A stretch of 64,000 bases of DNA from Blasia pusilla (lineage: Eukaryota): positions 46,066,001 through 46,130,000 of the forward strand of contig CM114271.1 of assembly GCA_050084515.1 (NCBI GenBank). The letters run 5' to 3'. Shown piece by piece: positions 43,819-55,600 of this stretch; positions within the stretch are counted from its first letter, which is position 1; the number at the start of each line of letters is the position of its first letter. The position numbers and the translations under genes are program-made. The notes beneath the pieces are model-generated. The model was not told the DNA's origin. It saw only the letters and a list, made by a program, of their open reading frames with translations, and did not search any database.

Positions 43819-46800
43819 ATGCACAGAGCAACTGCAGCAGGAGGCGGAGGTCTCGGGGTTGCTCGGTGCTCGGAAGGATGGCTTCGGAATGCCGCGGGAG
43901 GAGGAGGTTTTGATGTTGCTTGCTGCTTGAGAAGATGGCCTCGGAATGCCGCAGGTTTTCTTCCATCGCAGGTATAATTGCTCTACAGGCGGAGCGATTT
44001 CTTTAGCTGCAATGAGATCCAAGTGTGAGTGTGAGTGGGTGAGGGTGGCGAACTGCGGTAGGATTTGAGGAATTGTTTGCTCCAGGTTAAGGCCGTGAAC
44101 TTTGTCGCCATGCGTCTGGGTGCGTTCGCGCTTGGTTTTTGTATGCGTCATGAGTTGTGGAGAAGTAGAATTTCTCGCGGAAGGTGGTGCATGGGTGGCA
44201 CGGAAATATGGGACGTGTCCGACCGGATCGGATTCGCTGCACTTCAACTTCATGAGAGTGGAACCCACTGGTGAACTGACGCGCGGTAGAATTGTTTCTG
44301 CGCTTTCTTGTGCCGTCGCTCGATAGTGGGAGGGAGAGGGGAAGCTTGCTGTTCGACTTTTTCAGCGTCAGGAGTATCTGAAGTATCTTCCGAAGCATTT
44401 ATGGCTTTTCTTTTCTGTATGGTAGTTCGTGGGGAGAAATCACGAATTGCGGCGTGCCAACTAGCGATCGATATGTGTTCGGTCACCGAATCTGACGGCG
44501 TCGAGGTTATTTCTTGCAGAATTGTAGGAGATTTACGACGTTGAAAGCATCGCGAGCAATCATCAGTCAGAATACCGGAGTATGCTGGGAGAGCCCGACT
44601 TCTCTAATTGGTTCGCTTAGCAATATTTTTACTGAGGTGTCGTTCCCTTGTCTTTATGCCATCGTCCTTGGTAGATTGCCGGTACTGTGAAGTTTGAGAA
44701 CGAACTTGAAGGGTACTTTTGTCGGCCTCCACTGAATGTAAAGTGTTTTCTTGCAAGTTTCTGTCATGTGTCGAGCTTCATGTGCCCCATAGATCTCTCA
44801 CATCGATAGTTGGTTGTAGGGTCAGGCCATAATTTCCCACGAATCAGCGAGGAGCAGAGAAGGTCGTTTCCTGAAAAAACGGGTTAATCTGAGTAGGTCT
44901 GCAATCAATCAGGTGGGCTCAAGAGCTCCCCAAATCATCCTCGTAATGGTCTTGGTGGTATCTCAACTTTGTCTCAGGGAGACTCATTTTTATCCTTTTG
45001 CTTCTAAGGCCAGTTGTCGAGCTGGCTCTGAGCGAGTTGTGTATTGAACTTGCATTGGTAACCGAATCTGCTTGCCATAAATCAGTTTCAATCTCTTACA
45101 AGTTGGATTTCCTTAGGACTTCTTGCCCTACATATGAATTCTCACCCACCCCCAGCGTTTGTTACAATTGCAATTGCCATGAAAATAAGACCGTCCATCC
45201 GAACACTAGGTCCCTTTGCTTACGGGAACCCTGTTTGTCTGTCTGTCTGTCAGTAGATTATGAACTTGCTCTTCAATCTCATAAGCATTTTACAATCCAG
45301 GGTGGAGAACATGACTCTCTTGTCACAGACGATCGGGCAGATGGGGAGATGGGGGTCATTGCTTCAGCTGATGCACAGGAAACACCTAGAATGGAATCCA
45401 TGCCCTTGAAAGCTCTGGTTCCAAAGTTGGAACCAGGTGACCCAGTGACAAGGTATGGAGGGATAGGGAAAGGGTTTATTATTTCATTAGATCAGGCAGG
45501 TTTCTTTTTAAGAGTGAAGTGGAAGATATTTTCAGATGCGCAGCTTGTGGAGAGTTTGGAAAATAGGCTCAATGCATCCATCGCAGTTTCGGCTATCACG
45601 GCTCTATACTTCATCAACACTAAGAAAATGTCGCAACGAAAATATTCATACAGGCTTGTTTGTCTACCCGTACAGTGCCGTGCTCACATGTTCCCTTCGG
45701 AAAATTGTGTTACTGCAGGGTTGGACAGAATATCACCGCTGGATATTTTATTGTGGCAGTTGGTGCACTGCTCTGGTTGGACTCTTCTCTATGGTGGATT
45801 GTTCAACAGCCCCTTGCCTCTTACTATCTCACTTTACCGTTTCTTTTATCTGCTGCAGTGACTGGCATTGTGGGCTACTTTTGTGTACCTGTACTCAAAA
45901 AATTAAAAGCAGATCAAGTGTTCCGTAGAGAGGGCCCAGCTGCACACTTACTCAAGTCTGGAACACCAACAATGGGAGGAATGTTTTTTGTACCAGTGGG
46001 TGTGGCAATTGCTTGGTTATTCACCCAGGTCGATTCTATTGAAGTCCATGGAGTGATTACAGTGACACTTGTCTATGCTGGGATAGGTTTACTCGATGAT
46101 GCCCTTACTCTCTGGCGCAGACACAACTATGGGCTCCCAGGATGGATCAAGCTCATGTTGCAGGTGACATTCCCTGAACGATAACTCATGAATCCAGATA
46201 TGCCATAATTACCTGTGTGTGCTTTTCATTTTCTTGTCCATGATCCTCACATGTGGATAGCGTACAGGTTGCTGCGGGTACTATATTTTCTCTTTGGCTC
46301 GAGACTGCCAACTTGCCATTGAGGTTGGTTAATTTCCTTGTAGGCATGCATGTCAGTATGGCCACAGTAAGGCTATGAAGAAAGCATTGACAAGAATCTC
46401 CTCAGACAAGTAGTAATCTGTCAATCAAGCAGAATGTGGTTGAAAGAACATGGATCGAGAAGATGATACCTACACAGCTAGACCCAATGTCATGTGAAGC
46501 ATTCATAATTAATGTCAAGGAGTCTGATAACACAACAAGGGCAGATAGATTACGAGTGCTTGAGAACAAATTAGTGTGAATGGTAACTTACTGGGTTGTG
46601 TTACTTCAAATGTGCAGAAGGAATATATTATCTCTACCCGCACCTTTCGAACCCCTTCAATTGGGCAGATGGTATCTACCATTGACAGCATTCTGTTGTG
46701 CAGCCATGAGCAATGGTGTTAATCTGACTGATGGGCTTGACGGACTTGCTGGAGGCACTGCTGCAGCTGCGTTCCTCAGCATGGCTGTTGCTGTGCTACC

Positions 46801-48295
46801 CAACTATCCGGGTATGAAAGGGATTCAAGTGCTTTCCATTGCAAGATGTTGCCTATCAAGTATTTGTCTACAGCTCCTTGTGGAGCTGTAGACAAATACT
46901 TGATGCTCACACTTCTTATTTTCTCTTGAGATGTAAATGTCACCATGATGCCCAATATTCTGCTGTGTTTCAATCTGACCAGAGGAAAACGTGAGTCCTT
47001 ACTTCGAAGAGATTGGATTCATTACTCCCTTTGACAACCCTCAAACTTGACTTCACTTACCAACTCCCACTAATTTAGATATTTCGCAACCTAAACTCTG
47101 GTACTTGTGGGTATTTCCAACTGCCACTCTCATTGCTTCTTCAGGTTCCTTGAAATGTATGAGTGAAAATCAATTTGAGCTAGTGGAGTGACACATGTTC
47201 TTGGTGGTAGATACTTGTCATGGACCAAGGTCTACAGGAGAAGGTACTGGTAGTTAACATCCAGTTTTCTAGCATTTTGTGGGGGAAGAGAAAATTGAGA
47301 TACAGATGGAAGTTGAATCAATTGTGGACTATTAACATTTTTTTAACTGTGCAGCGCTTGGTGTGTTTGGATCATCAATGGCTGGAGCGTGTTTCGGGTT
47401 CCTTGTGCACAACAGATACAAAGCAAAAGTATTCATGGGTGATACAGGATCCTTGGCCTTAGGCGGCGCACTAGCAGCTATGGCAGGATGCTCAGGCCTA
47501 TTTCTTCCGCTCTTAATTGCGTCAGGGTTGTTTGTTCTTGAAACTATTTCAGTAATGGGCCAGGTATACTCTCTCTCCATCTATTCTCTTTCTGTATCGG
47601 GCAAACTAATTGTACTCAGGGAAACTATTGTACTCACTAATTGGACCCCAACCCAGTCCAGCACAACCTTCCCGAACTTGAGATGATGGGAATGTGTAGT
47701 GAACCATCTGACAGCAATCTGCTTTCTCAGACTGCTTAGTAACAGCCCAAAAGGGAGTGAGCGTCAGTGGCCAGAGGTAGAGGCTCTGGGCCCCGGCGTT
47801 CTCATGAGCCTAAGAGTTTGACGCATAAATATGAACATGTCAACACTTTTGTGGAGTCTGATGACCATAAAATCAGTTGTACTCTTACCTTTATCCCGCT
47901 TGAGGAGCTAGCTCAAATTTTGCCCAAGAACTCGGAACAGCTGTGGGAGGCAGCGAACAGGTTTTCGAAAAATATTCAGATTTGAATCGCAAATCTCTGT
48001 TGTAGGCCCAAGGGAACCTCTTGTCATGATGTGGTTGAAATTCTTCCTTACTGGCAGGTACACTCTTGAAAATGTTTCCCCTCTTTGTGTATTGGTGCAG
48101 GTGTTCTATTTCAAGCTCACCAAAAGCTTGTATGGACAAGGTCGTCGTTGGCTTCGAATGGCACCTTTCCATCATCATCTGGAGTTCCTGGGCATGAAAG
48201 AACCTAGTATAACATCCGCAGCCTATGCGGTAGGGTCGGCCTTGGCTGTGCTGGCAGCGTACATCGGCCTCTCGTGCGCGAAAGTTCAATTTTAA
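43819..48295 (+). CDS. MraY: Phospho-N-acetylmuramoyl-pentapeptide transferase (plastid MraY / translocase I). Confident exons: 45719-46163, 46268-46323, 46618-46811, 47355-47563, 48101-48295. Tentative N-terminal exons: 43819(or 43651)-43971, 44520-44579, 44820-44912, 45301-45452
   Basis: MraY motifs [53 protein letters not shown] and MAPFHHHLE. All listed exons have GT-AG borders with compatible phases. The N-terminal exons rest on splice sites and phase only. Confidence 0.92.
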
Positions 48296-49319
48296 CATAC
48301 AAGGCAGTAACTGCGGAAGGATGATTATATGAAGTGTAAAAAGTGTCGAGGCCTTGGAGTCATGGAATCATCGAATCTACTTAGGCATTGATGGGCGCTA
48401 CTGGTGAAGCAGTCGTGACAGTAGACCTAGCAGTCAATCTCTCGAGCCATGGGATGGGCGAGAAATGGACGAGGTGCTATGAAGAAAAGTAACGAGAACT
48501 GATAGCGACCTAAAGAACGCGTGGGGATGTGCGCAAATCTGGGAGCTCAATTTGACTTGGTGTCCAATGGTTTCTCTTGTCCAAGGTGACAGAGGAATTA
48601 CATGGCCACGCCAGGTACGAATGTGTAGGGCCATGTGGTCGGTTCTCCCCACACCAGTGTGACGGTGATTCATGTCTTCCTGTAACCTAAGATTTTGGAG
48701 TTACTAAAGTAAACTACTTTCATATGTTCGCATTATTTGTGTTCCACTCCACGACCTACCACCTCTGATTGGGGTGGATCCATGAATTATTTGCCGCGAT
48801 CTCCTCAGATGATTCCTCTCGGATTCTCCTACAGCCAATGCAAACTTCGGAAGAGGCGGTGCGATTGGCTCAGCCGCAGCCCCTCTGTTACAAGGATGTA
48901 GATTCTCGTGGCAGTCTGCTGTCTCCAGGGAAAGCGTGAAGCGAAATGATTGCTTGTACCGCCCCTGCGAAGAAACAACGGGGCCCGCGGAAGCCCTCAC
49001 GAAGAACAGCAAACCACTCCGGAACACTGACTTCTTGTGGGCTTTTAAAAGGCGACCATCTGAAGTGGTCTCGCCCGGTGACCCACCTGAGCGATGTCGT
49101 GCGGATAAAGGCTAAAGGCTAGAAGAAGCTGACAAATCTATTATTTACTCGGAGTCTCGGATCTGTGGAGAGCTTATCGGTGCCTTCTGCCTGTTCGAGG
49201 TCTGCACATTTCGGTCCACTTGTCTGCGGACGGTTCCATAAGCTCAGCAGAGGCTCAGACTGAAGGTACGTACTAGGAACCATTAAGGGGCGGCTTCTTC
49301 GAGGTCTGCTGTACAGGAG

Positions 49320-49600
49320 TAGCCCTCAAAACACTGCGGCAAAGCAGTAGCGCTTAAAATCACCGCTGCAAGTTCTGGTCTTCAAAATCGCCGCGGCAAA
49401 GTTGCAGCCATCAAAATCGCTGCAGACGTAGTCCTCGAAATCACTGCTGCGAAGTTGCATACCTCAAATTCACTGCTGCGCAGTCGTAGACTTCAACATC
49501 ACCGCTGCATGTTTGTGTTCCTCGAAATCACTGCCGCGGAGTGGTAGCGGTTAAAACCACTCCTGGAAAGTAGCAGCGGTCAAATCACTGCAGCTGAGGA
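49320..49600. repeat. Degenerate ~26-30-bp tandem repeat (~10 units)
   Basis: Recurring aaatcac(t/c)gc(t/g)gc...agt.g.ag..ctc units. Confidence 0.8.
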
Positions 49601-49707
49601 CTTCAAGTTTGGGAACTTGTGTAGAGCGGAAATCGCCTCAGAGGTCAGCGCGACGCTGTAAACGAGCTTTGTAAGGATAGGAAGTCGGGAACGATCATGA
49701 CTCGGTG

Positions 49708-50295
49708 CCGGAGCGGTAGGCGTAGGAAGAAGCGGCCGAGACGCCACACAGCCATGGCTGAGAGAAGGAACTCGACTTCGAGAGCACTAGAAATTCTCTG
49801 AAACAATCAGAGAGGATTCGATAGCGTTGGACACCACCACAATCCGCGGCAGCCGCGGCAAGACTCAAATTAGGTTTGCAAAGATGGGAAGTCGCATCTT
49901 CCTATCTTTGCAAATCTAATTTGAGCTCGGAATCGGGCCTCAGGGCAGGAGCGGAGCGGTAGGCATAGGGAGAATCGGCCGAGCCGTTACAGCTATCGCA
50001 AAGAGAAGAAAAGAAACACGACTACGAGTGGAGCACAACTTCTCTGAGACGACCGTAGATGATTCGATGGCGTCTGAAACACCACCACAATCCGCCGCAA
50101 GATTCACATTCAGGTAGTAGGCAGTCGGGAAGAGAGAATCACGACTCACTGCCGCAGGGGTTGTTGAAAAGCGAGGGAGGGGAGAAACGGCCATGGCTGA
50201 GAGAAGAAACTCGACTCGGAGTGCACTAAAAACTCTCCGACCCAACCAGAGAGCATTCCATGGCGTCGCACACCGCCACGGTCCGCAGTCGCCGT
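49708..50295. repeat. Three diverged ~105-150-bp direct repeats at ~230-240-bp spacing
   Basis: cggagcggtaggc(g/a)tagg...gccatggctgagagaag...actcgact...gcac...attc(g/c)at(a/g)gcgt...cacc(a/g)ccac..tccgc at ~49708, ~49952 and ~50188 (the third is 5'-truncated). Confidence 0.75.
49864..49925. ncRNA. 28-bp stem / 6-nt loop hairpin (candidate miRNA or hairpin siRNA precursor)
   Basis: CTCAAATTAGGTTTGCAAAGATGGGAAG - TCGCAT - CTTCCTATCTTTGCAAATCTAATTTGAG. The two non-Watson-Crick pairs are G-U on the + strand. The hairpin is certain; its function is unproven. Confidence 0.35.
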
Positions 50296-52339
50296 GCGAG
50301 CTTCCCAAGCTCACACGCCTCTATTCTCCTCAGAGGCCCTCCAACTCCATAGCTCCGCATCTCACGCGTTTCCCGGCGGTCCAGCGCCGCACTCCGAGCT
50401 CTGTTTGCCTGGAATGTGGGGCGGCGACGACTGTCCCGTCGCAGATACGCCGTGTCGCGCGGAAGGGGACAGGGGCGCCCGCGCACTTTCCGCTGTTCCG
50501 GAACACCGTCGATCGCAGATGCTTATCATCTGACGTCTCTCGTTTCCCGGCGATTGTTTTTGGCTTTCTTCCGTCTTTTACGGGCCCTCTCCGTCATAGA
50601 AGGCAGTGAAAGAGGTCTATATCAGTGTCCGGGGAGAACCGGGGTTACGTGTTCAGTTGGCCATAAGAATTTGAGAATTTCCGATTCGGTTCGTCACTTA
50701 TCGGCAAAAAACGGAGGGTTTAGGGACGGTGTCCTTTGAATTCGTATCTGTTCAGCCGGCTGGGATGACGAAAACTTCAAAAATTGTCGCTCGGTTTTGT
50801 AGAGACCGGTAATGTACTGGTTGTCACGAAAAAACTCCCCACACCCTGGTCTATATGGTAATAGAGGAGCCGTTTTCAAATGTTGCCAAGGGAAAATTTA
50901 TGGAGAATTTATCGGGTATCTTTGAATCTTGCATGGGTAGGGCGACGCGTGGCATGGGTAGGGGGCATTAAATAACGGGGTGTTCAGGATTAGGTCGTTT
51001 GAATCATGCATGAGTAGGGCAACAGTCATCACCCTAAGTAATGGGGCGGTCAGGGTTAGGGACCATGGAGTGGACCATGCATCGCACGGTCTCCTCATGG
51101 GTTTTAGCTAGTAGGTCTTAAAAGGGGAGTTTGTAAGGTTTTTGATTTCAAATTACAATAAGTAGGATTCATTTTAATTATCTATGTAATTGAAAAAGGA
51201 TGAGGTTACACAAAACCTCTCAAAGGTTTCTCATGGTGTTGACACATGCCACTTTAAGAGATGAAGTTCAACTAAGAGGATTAAATTAAATGAAGAAGGG
51301 AAATGAATGTCGGAGCTTTTTAAAATTTGAAATCACACGTGTATAGACTAGGTAGTAGATTTTAACATAGTCTTTCTTCAATCACCCATTGTCTATACGG
51401 TTAGAATGTCGTTTGTTGGTTTACTTTCATCCTAAGGCTTGTGCTCTCAAATCTTAAGAACTTTTTTTCCCATTCGCTTTCTTCTTAGTTGAATTTTATT
51501 TGGTTTCACTTGTTGGGATGATTATGTTTATATATGTGTTACCAAATTTCCGATATTTACATTAAAATGGAATATTAAGAAAGTCATTTCCAGCATTCGA
51601 TATCTTTTACATCTGAATGCAATCTAAATAAATCAAACTTATCTTCAAAGAATGCCTCGGTGAAGATGTTGACCAAATTTTTTATATCTCGTCATATATA
51701 TAAGGTCCATGTCATTTGCTAAGACCCTCTCTCAAACGATCCGATATTGTACCTAAATGAGTTTTTTCCTCGTATGAAACACTTGATTCTTTTGTTAATG
51801 AGTGTTATTAATATGATTTGCATGTATGAAAGCTAACTTTAAACATTGGTTGCCTATATCTACAAGATAGTTTTTTAACCCAACTTATTCACATTTAGTC
51901 ATGGTTGATTCTTCTGAATCAACTTCTGTTTTCGGCAAGGAAATAGTTGGTTATTACTTTAGTGCCCAACTTACTAAAACACTTCCAAATCTGAATACAT
52001 ACATGAAAGTAGATCTTTTATCAAAGGTGCTCCTTGCCCAATCCAGAGCAATATATTATTGTAGCCATAAAGATTCAGTTGATGAATGACAAAATTTGAA
52101 TGGACTTGTAAACTTCTTATACCTTAAGATCTACCTCATTAGATCCAGATGAGGTTTTTGGGGCCGATTGCATAAACCGACTCATTAATCCAATAAAAAA
52201 GAAGAAGATATAGACCTGCGATAGTCAATTAGATCAAGATTCCAACCACAACACAATATATGTTGGGATCTCATTATCTTTATCTACTTTAAACTTCAAA
52301 CTTTGGTCCAATTGCATGGGAATTGACATGCGAAGACAT

Positions 52340-55300
52340 ATAAGTAGGTCTTTGTGTGTAGAGGTATCTATATGTGAGGCATAAAAAGACGGTAAGATGA
52401 GTCTCACTTCGAACAATGATCCACTTGAGGAAGTATTTCCTCATATCTTACCAATGTCAACAACGCAAGATTACGAGATTTCCTTGTCCAACGACATGTT
52501 GTTGTTGGGGGACGTAGGGCCTAGATCGGATGGGTACCAGTCATTTATTCATTGTAAGTTTTCTATGTTAGGGTTGGTCAAGTGCTAAATAGGGTGGGGG
52601 GGGGGGGGGGGGGGGAGGAATTTGGCGTATGTGGGGGCTTGGGAGACCCTAGGTTTGAATTCTTTAGGGATATGGTGGAGATCTTATGACATCCGCAAGA
52701 GCACTAGACTAATTCTCCACACACATTCTAGAGAATGTCCTAATTTTGGGTGAATCTTAGTTTAGGGTGATGATGAAAGTACATCATGTTCGTGCATGAT
52801 TGGACCAATAGTATTGTTGGATGCAATGAGTGTGGGATTGCGCCCGCATTTTTGCTCCTCTAGTGGACAAACTTGATGCCACATAAGGTGTTCAGGAGAG
52901 TCTATGCAATAGTGGAGCAAAACTCTTAAATGTTTGTGAATTCGATTTTGGATCATGGATGTCGATCATAAGCAATGAAGTAAGATGGTCAACCCCCCTC
53001 GAGTGTGATCAATATAGTTGGTATGCGACAAGCAACACTCTCCACACTGGTGAATTTCCCTACCTCTAATGCTTACAAGGAGGGTGGTTATGGTTTGATT
53101 TGGGATGATAAAGTGCAATGGATGGTGGAGCCCAATGTTGATGAGTGAGAGAGCATGATGAAAATTTTCCATAAGAGTGACAATAATGTTGTTATTGAGA
53201 AAAGAGTCTCGACCCCATATCCTCGGTTAAGCTGTGGATCGAAATTGCAATATATATATTATCACTCTAGGAGTGGCTAGCAACTTCAAATGCAATTGAG
53301 GCATGTTACCTCTCAGGAACTTGTGAGCCCTATGCCTAACAAGATGGAAAAGACAATAGCTAGGGGCAAGGCAAGAGGAGATCCATGGATCAAAGGTAAT
53401 CAAGAGAGACACCCTTGAACTTCTTGGGATATGATGTAGGTACGCTGAGACATGAGAATTATGACACTTGGTACCATGCAAGATTTTAATCACTTAAGTA
53501 TATCGAGAGGAGAGACATCTAAGTTGGTTGCACGAGAAGAGTAGAGTACTAGTGATAATGAAGGGGTTGCATAATAACTATTAACCCTATGTTGGAGAAA
53601 ACTATTGCATTCTTGATGGAAATATGGGAGCCAAAGTTTGGGCCTAAGTTGACATAAGGAGAGCGACACTGGGTACATTGGTCCATCAGGAGTCAACCAA
53701 GGATATGTTGAAGCAACCAAGGATCCACATTGAGTTGTCAAGTGACATATTGATCTTCCGATAGTACATGAAATGAGATGGACATGGCTATGATTTAGAG
53801 CAAGAGTAAGAGTTTAGTTGAGGTAGACGTAGTGGAGATGTTGTACGGAGAGTATACCTAGGCTATTGTCATGCCCATAACGAAGGATGTGCTATACAAT
53901 TGATGTATAGGTAGATGTGTGGAGACTATCAACCTATCAATTGAAAGACAAAATCTAACTTGTATACGATGTCCATGCTAGAGGAGGTCTTTGATGCCAT
54001 TGGGTATGTAAGGGTCTTTAGATCATTAGATCTATAGTTGGATACCTTCAGGTGCCTACAAGGGTGGAGGATAGACGGAAGATGATATTTGGTCACAGGA
54101 AGGATTGATTATACCAATGGCGATTCTTATCATTTTGATTAAATAACACCTCGGTAGAGTTTCAGAGAGTCATGGTGGAAATCTTACAAGATTTCGATTT
54201 TTCCAAATGTTATATTGATATTATTGTAGACTTTATTACCATGGGTGAGAAGCATGAGCGACACCTTGCGGAGATGTTCTAACAATTATACTTACATAAG
54301 CTAAAGCGATATCTAAGCAATTGCAATTTCTTCTATGCCTAGATTGAGTACTTGGTTCATACAATAAAATAATGTGAACTTGATATTCAACATACAAAGC
54401 TAAGGGCTATCTCACGTATTCTGCGCCCTACAAATGTGAGTCAAGTTTGTGCATTCATGGGATTAGAAAATTTCTATTGATGATATGTTAGGGTGAATTC
54501 AACACGATTGTGAAGCTTTTGACCTTATTGTAAAATATGGACCATAAATGGTAGTGGGAGGATGATCATAATAGAGCATTTCAATTCCTTAAGGATTGAT
54601 GAATGTCAAAATACACACGGCTTGGAGTATATTGGAACTTAGAGCGGTGCTCATCAAACATGAGGATAGAGAGTTTGTATTGGATTGCACTAGCCGCTCA
54701 AAGAATCTTGTAGAGGAAAAGTACAACTCGTATGAGGGAGAACTCTTGGAGGAAATATGAGCGGTTGTGCATTTCAAGAGTTACTTTTTTGTTAACCCCT
54801 TTACCCTCATCATTTATCATCAACCATTGAAATGGTCGATGAAGTCTGACAAGCTTAGAGGGAAGCTTCAAAGGTGGGCATTATTGTTACATGAGTATGA
54901 TTTCCATGTGGTACATCAACCTAGAAGACTCAATCAAGAGGTGGATGGTTTTAGTTGTAACTCATGCCAGTGTTAGCTATTGGAGCTCATTGTATGGGCA
55001 TGGTAGGAATATGAGGAGATGGTTCTTGGTTGGCATACATCTACCTATTTAGTTTTATTGGCCATGGAGAACCATAAGACCTTGATTGTAATGACAAGGT
55101 CGAATGGAGAGTTCGAGGTTGGTGAGGAGGTGACATGTGGCCTAGATACCCGAGAGGATGGATTAGTCTTAGAGTACCTACATATTGGTAGCATATATGG
55201 CATGCACAATGGGTTCCAAAGAGCGGAATTGGATCCTCTAGCAAGCTAGATGGTTTAAGTGGGAGGGGGTTTATGTTTTGTGAGTTTGGGAGGATTGTAG

Positions 55301-55600
55301 AGTACGAGTGGTGCCTTATCCATTATTTAGAGCTTGATTGGTTTAGTATACCTACAAGGAATTGGGGCATTTTGGAGTGAGGTGGACATATAGGTTGCTC
55401 AAAGTTCATTATTAATGAATTACTTTTGTTTAATGCTCTCACTATTGATCATGGATTTATGCCACCGAAGGAGTTTGGATTTTATGGCCTTTATCATTGA
55501 TGGAGTAGCATGATCAATATGTACTAATAATTGTCGAGGACTTCTCGATGTGGATTGAGTTGGTTGCATTTCCCAACAAGGCGTGTGAGTGAGTAGCATA
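52340..55600 (+). mobile_element. Decayed DNMT-RT-RNaseH-integrase pol of the same lineage (copy 3)
   Basis: RYLYV (motif II) ~52365, FLC*GWSS (IV) ~52560, HILENV (VI) ~52725, L*WTNLMPH (VIII) ~52860, GLIWDDKVQWMVEPNVDE (IX) ~53095, ILG*AVDRNC (X) ~53220. RT CGDYQPIN and YIDI 53920-54225. RNase H 54700-54960. Integrase start ~55350-55580. Confidence 0.85.

Noticed and set aside
44998-45861. 287-aa ORF as a separate gene
   Set aside because: It is read-through of MraY introns and exons; only parts are in the spliced frame.
49320-49600. CRISPR-like array
   Set aside because: Units are degenerate and abut each other with no unique spacers, there are no cas genes, and the context is eukaryotic.
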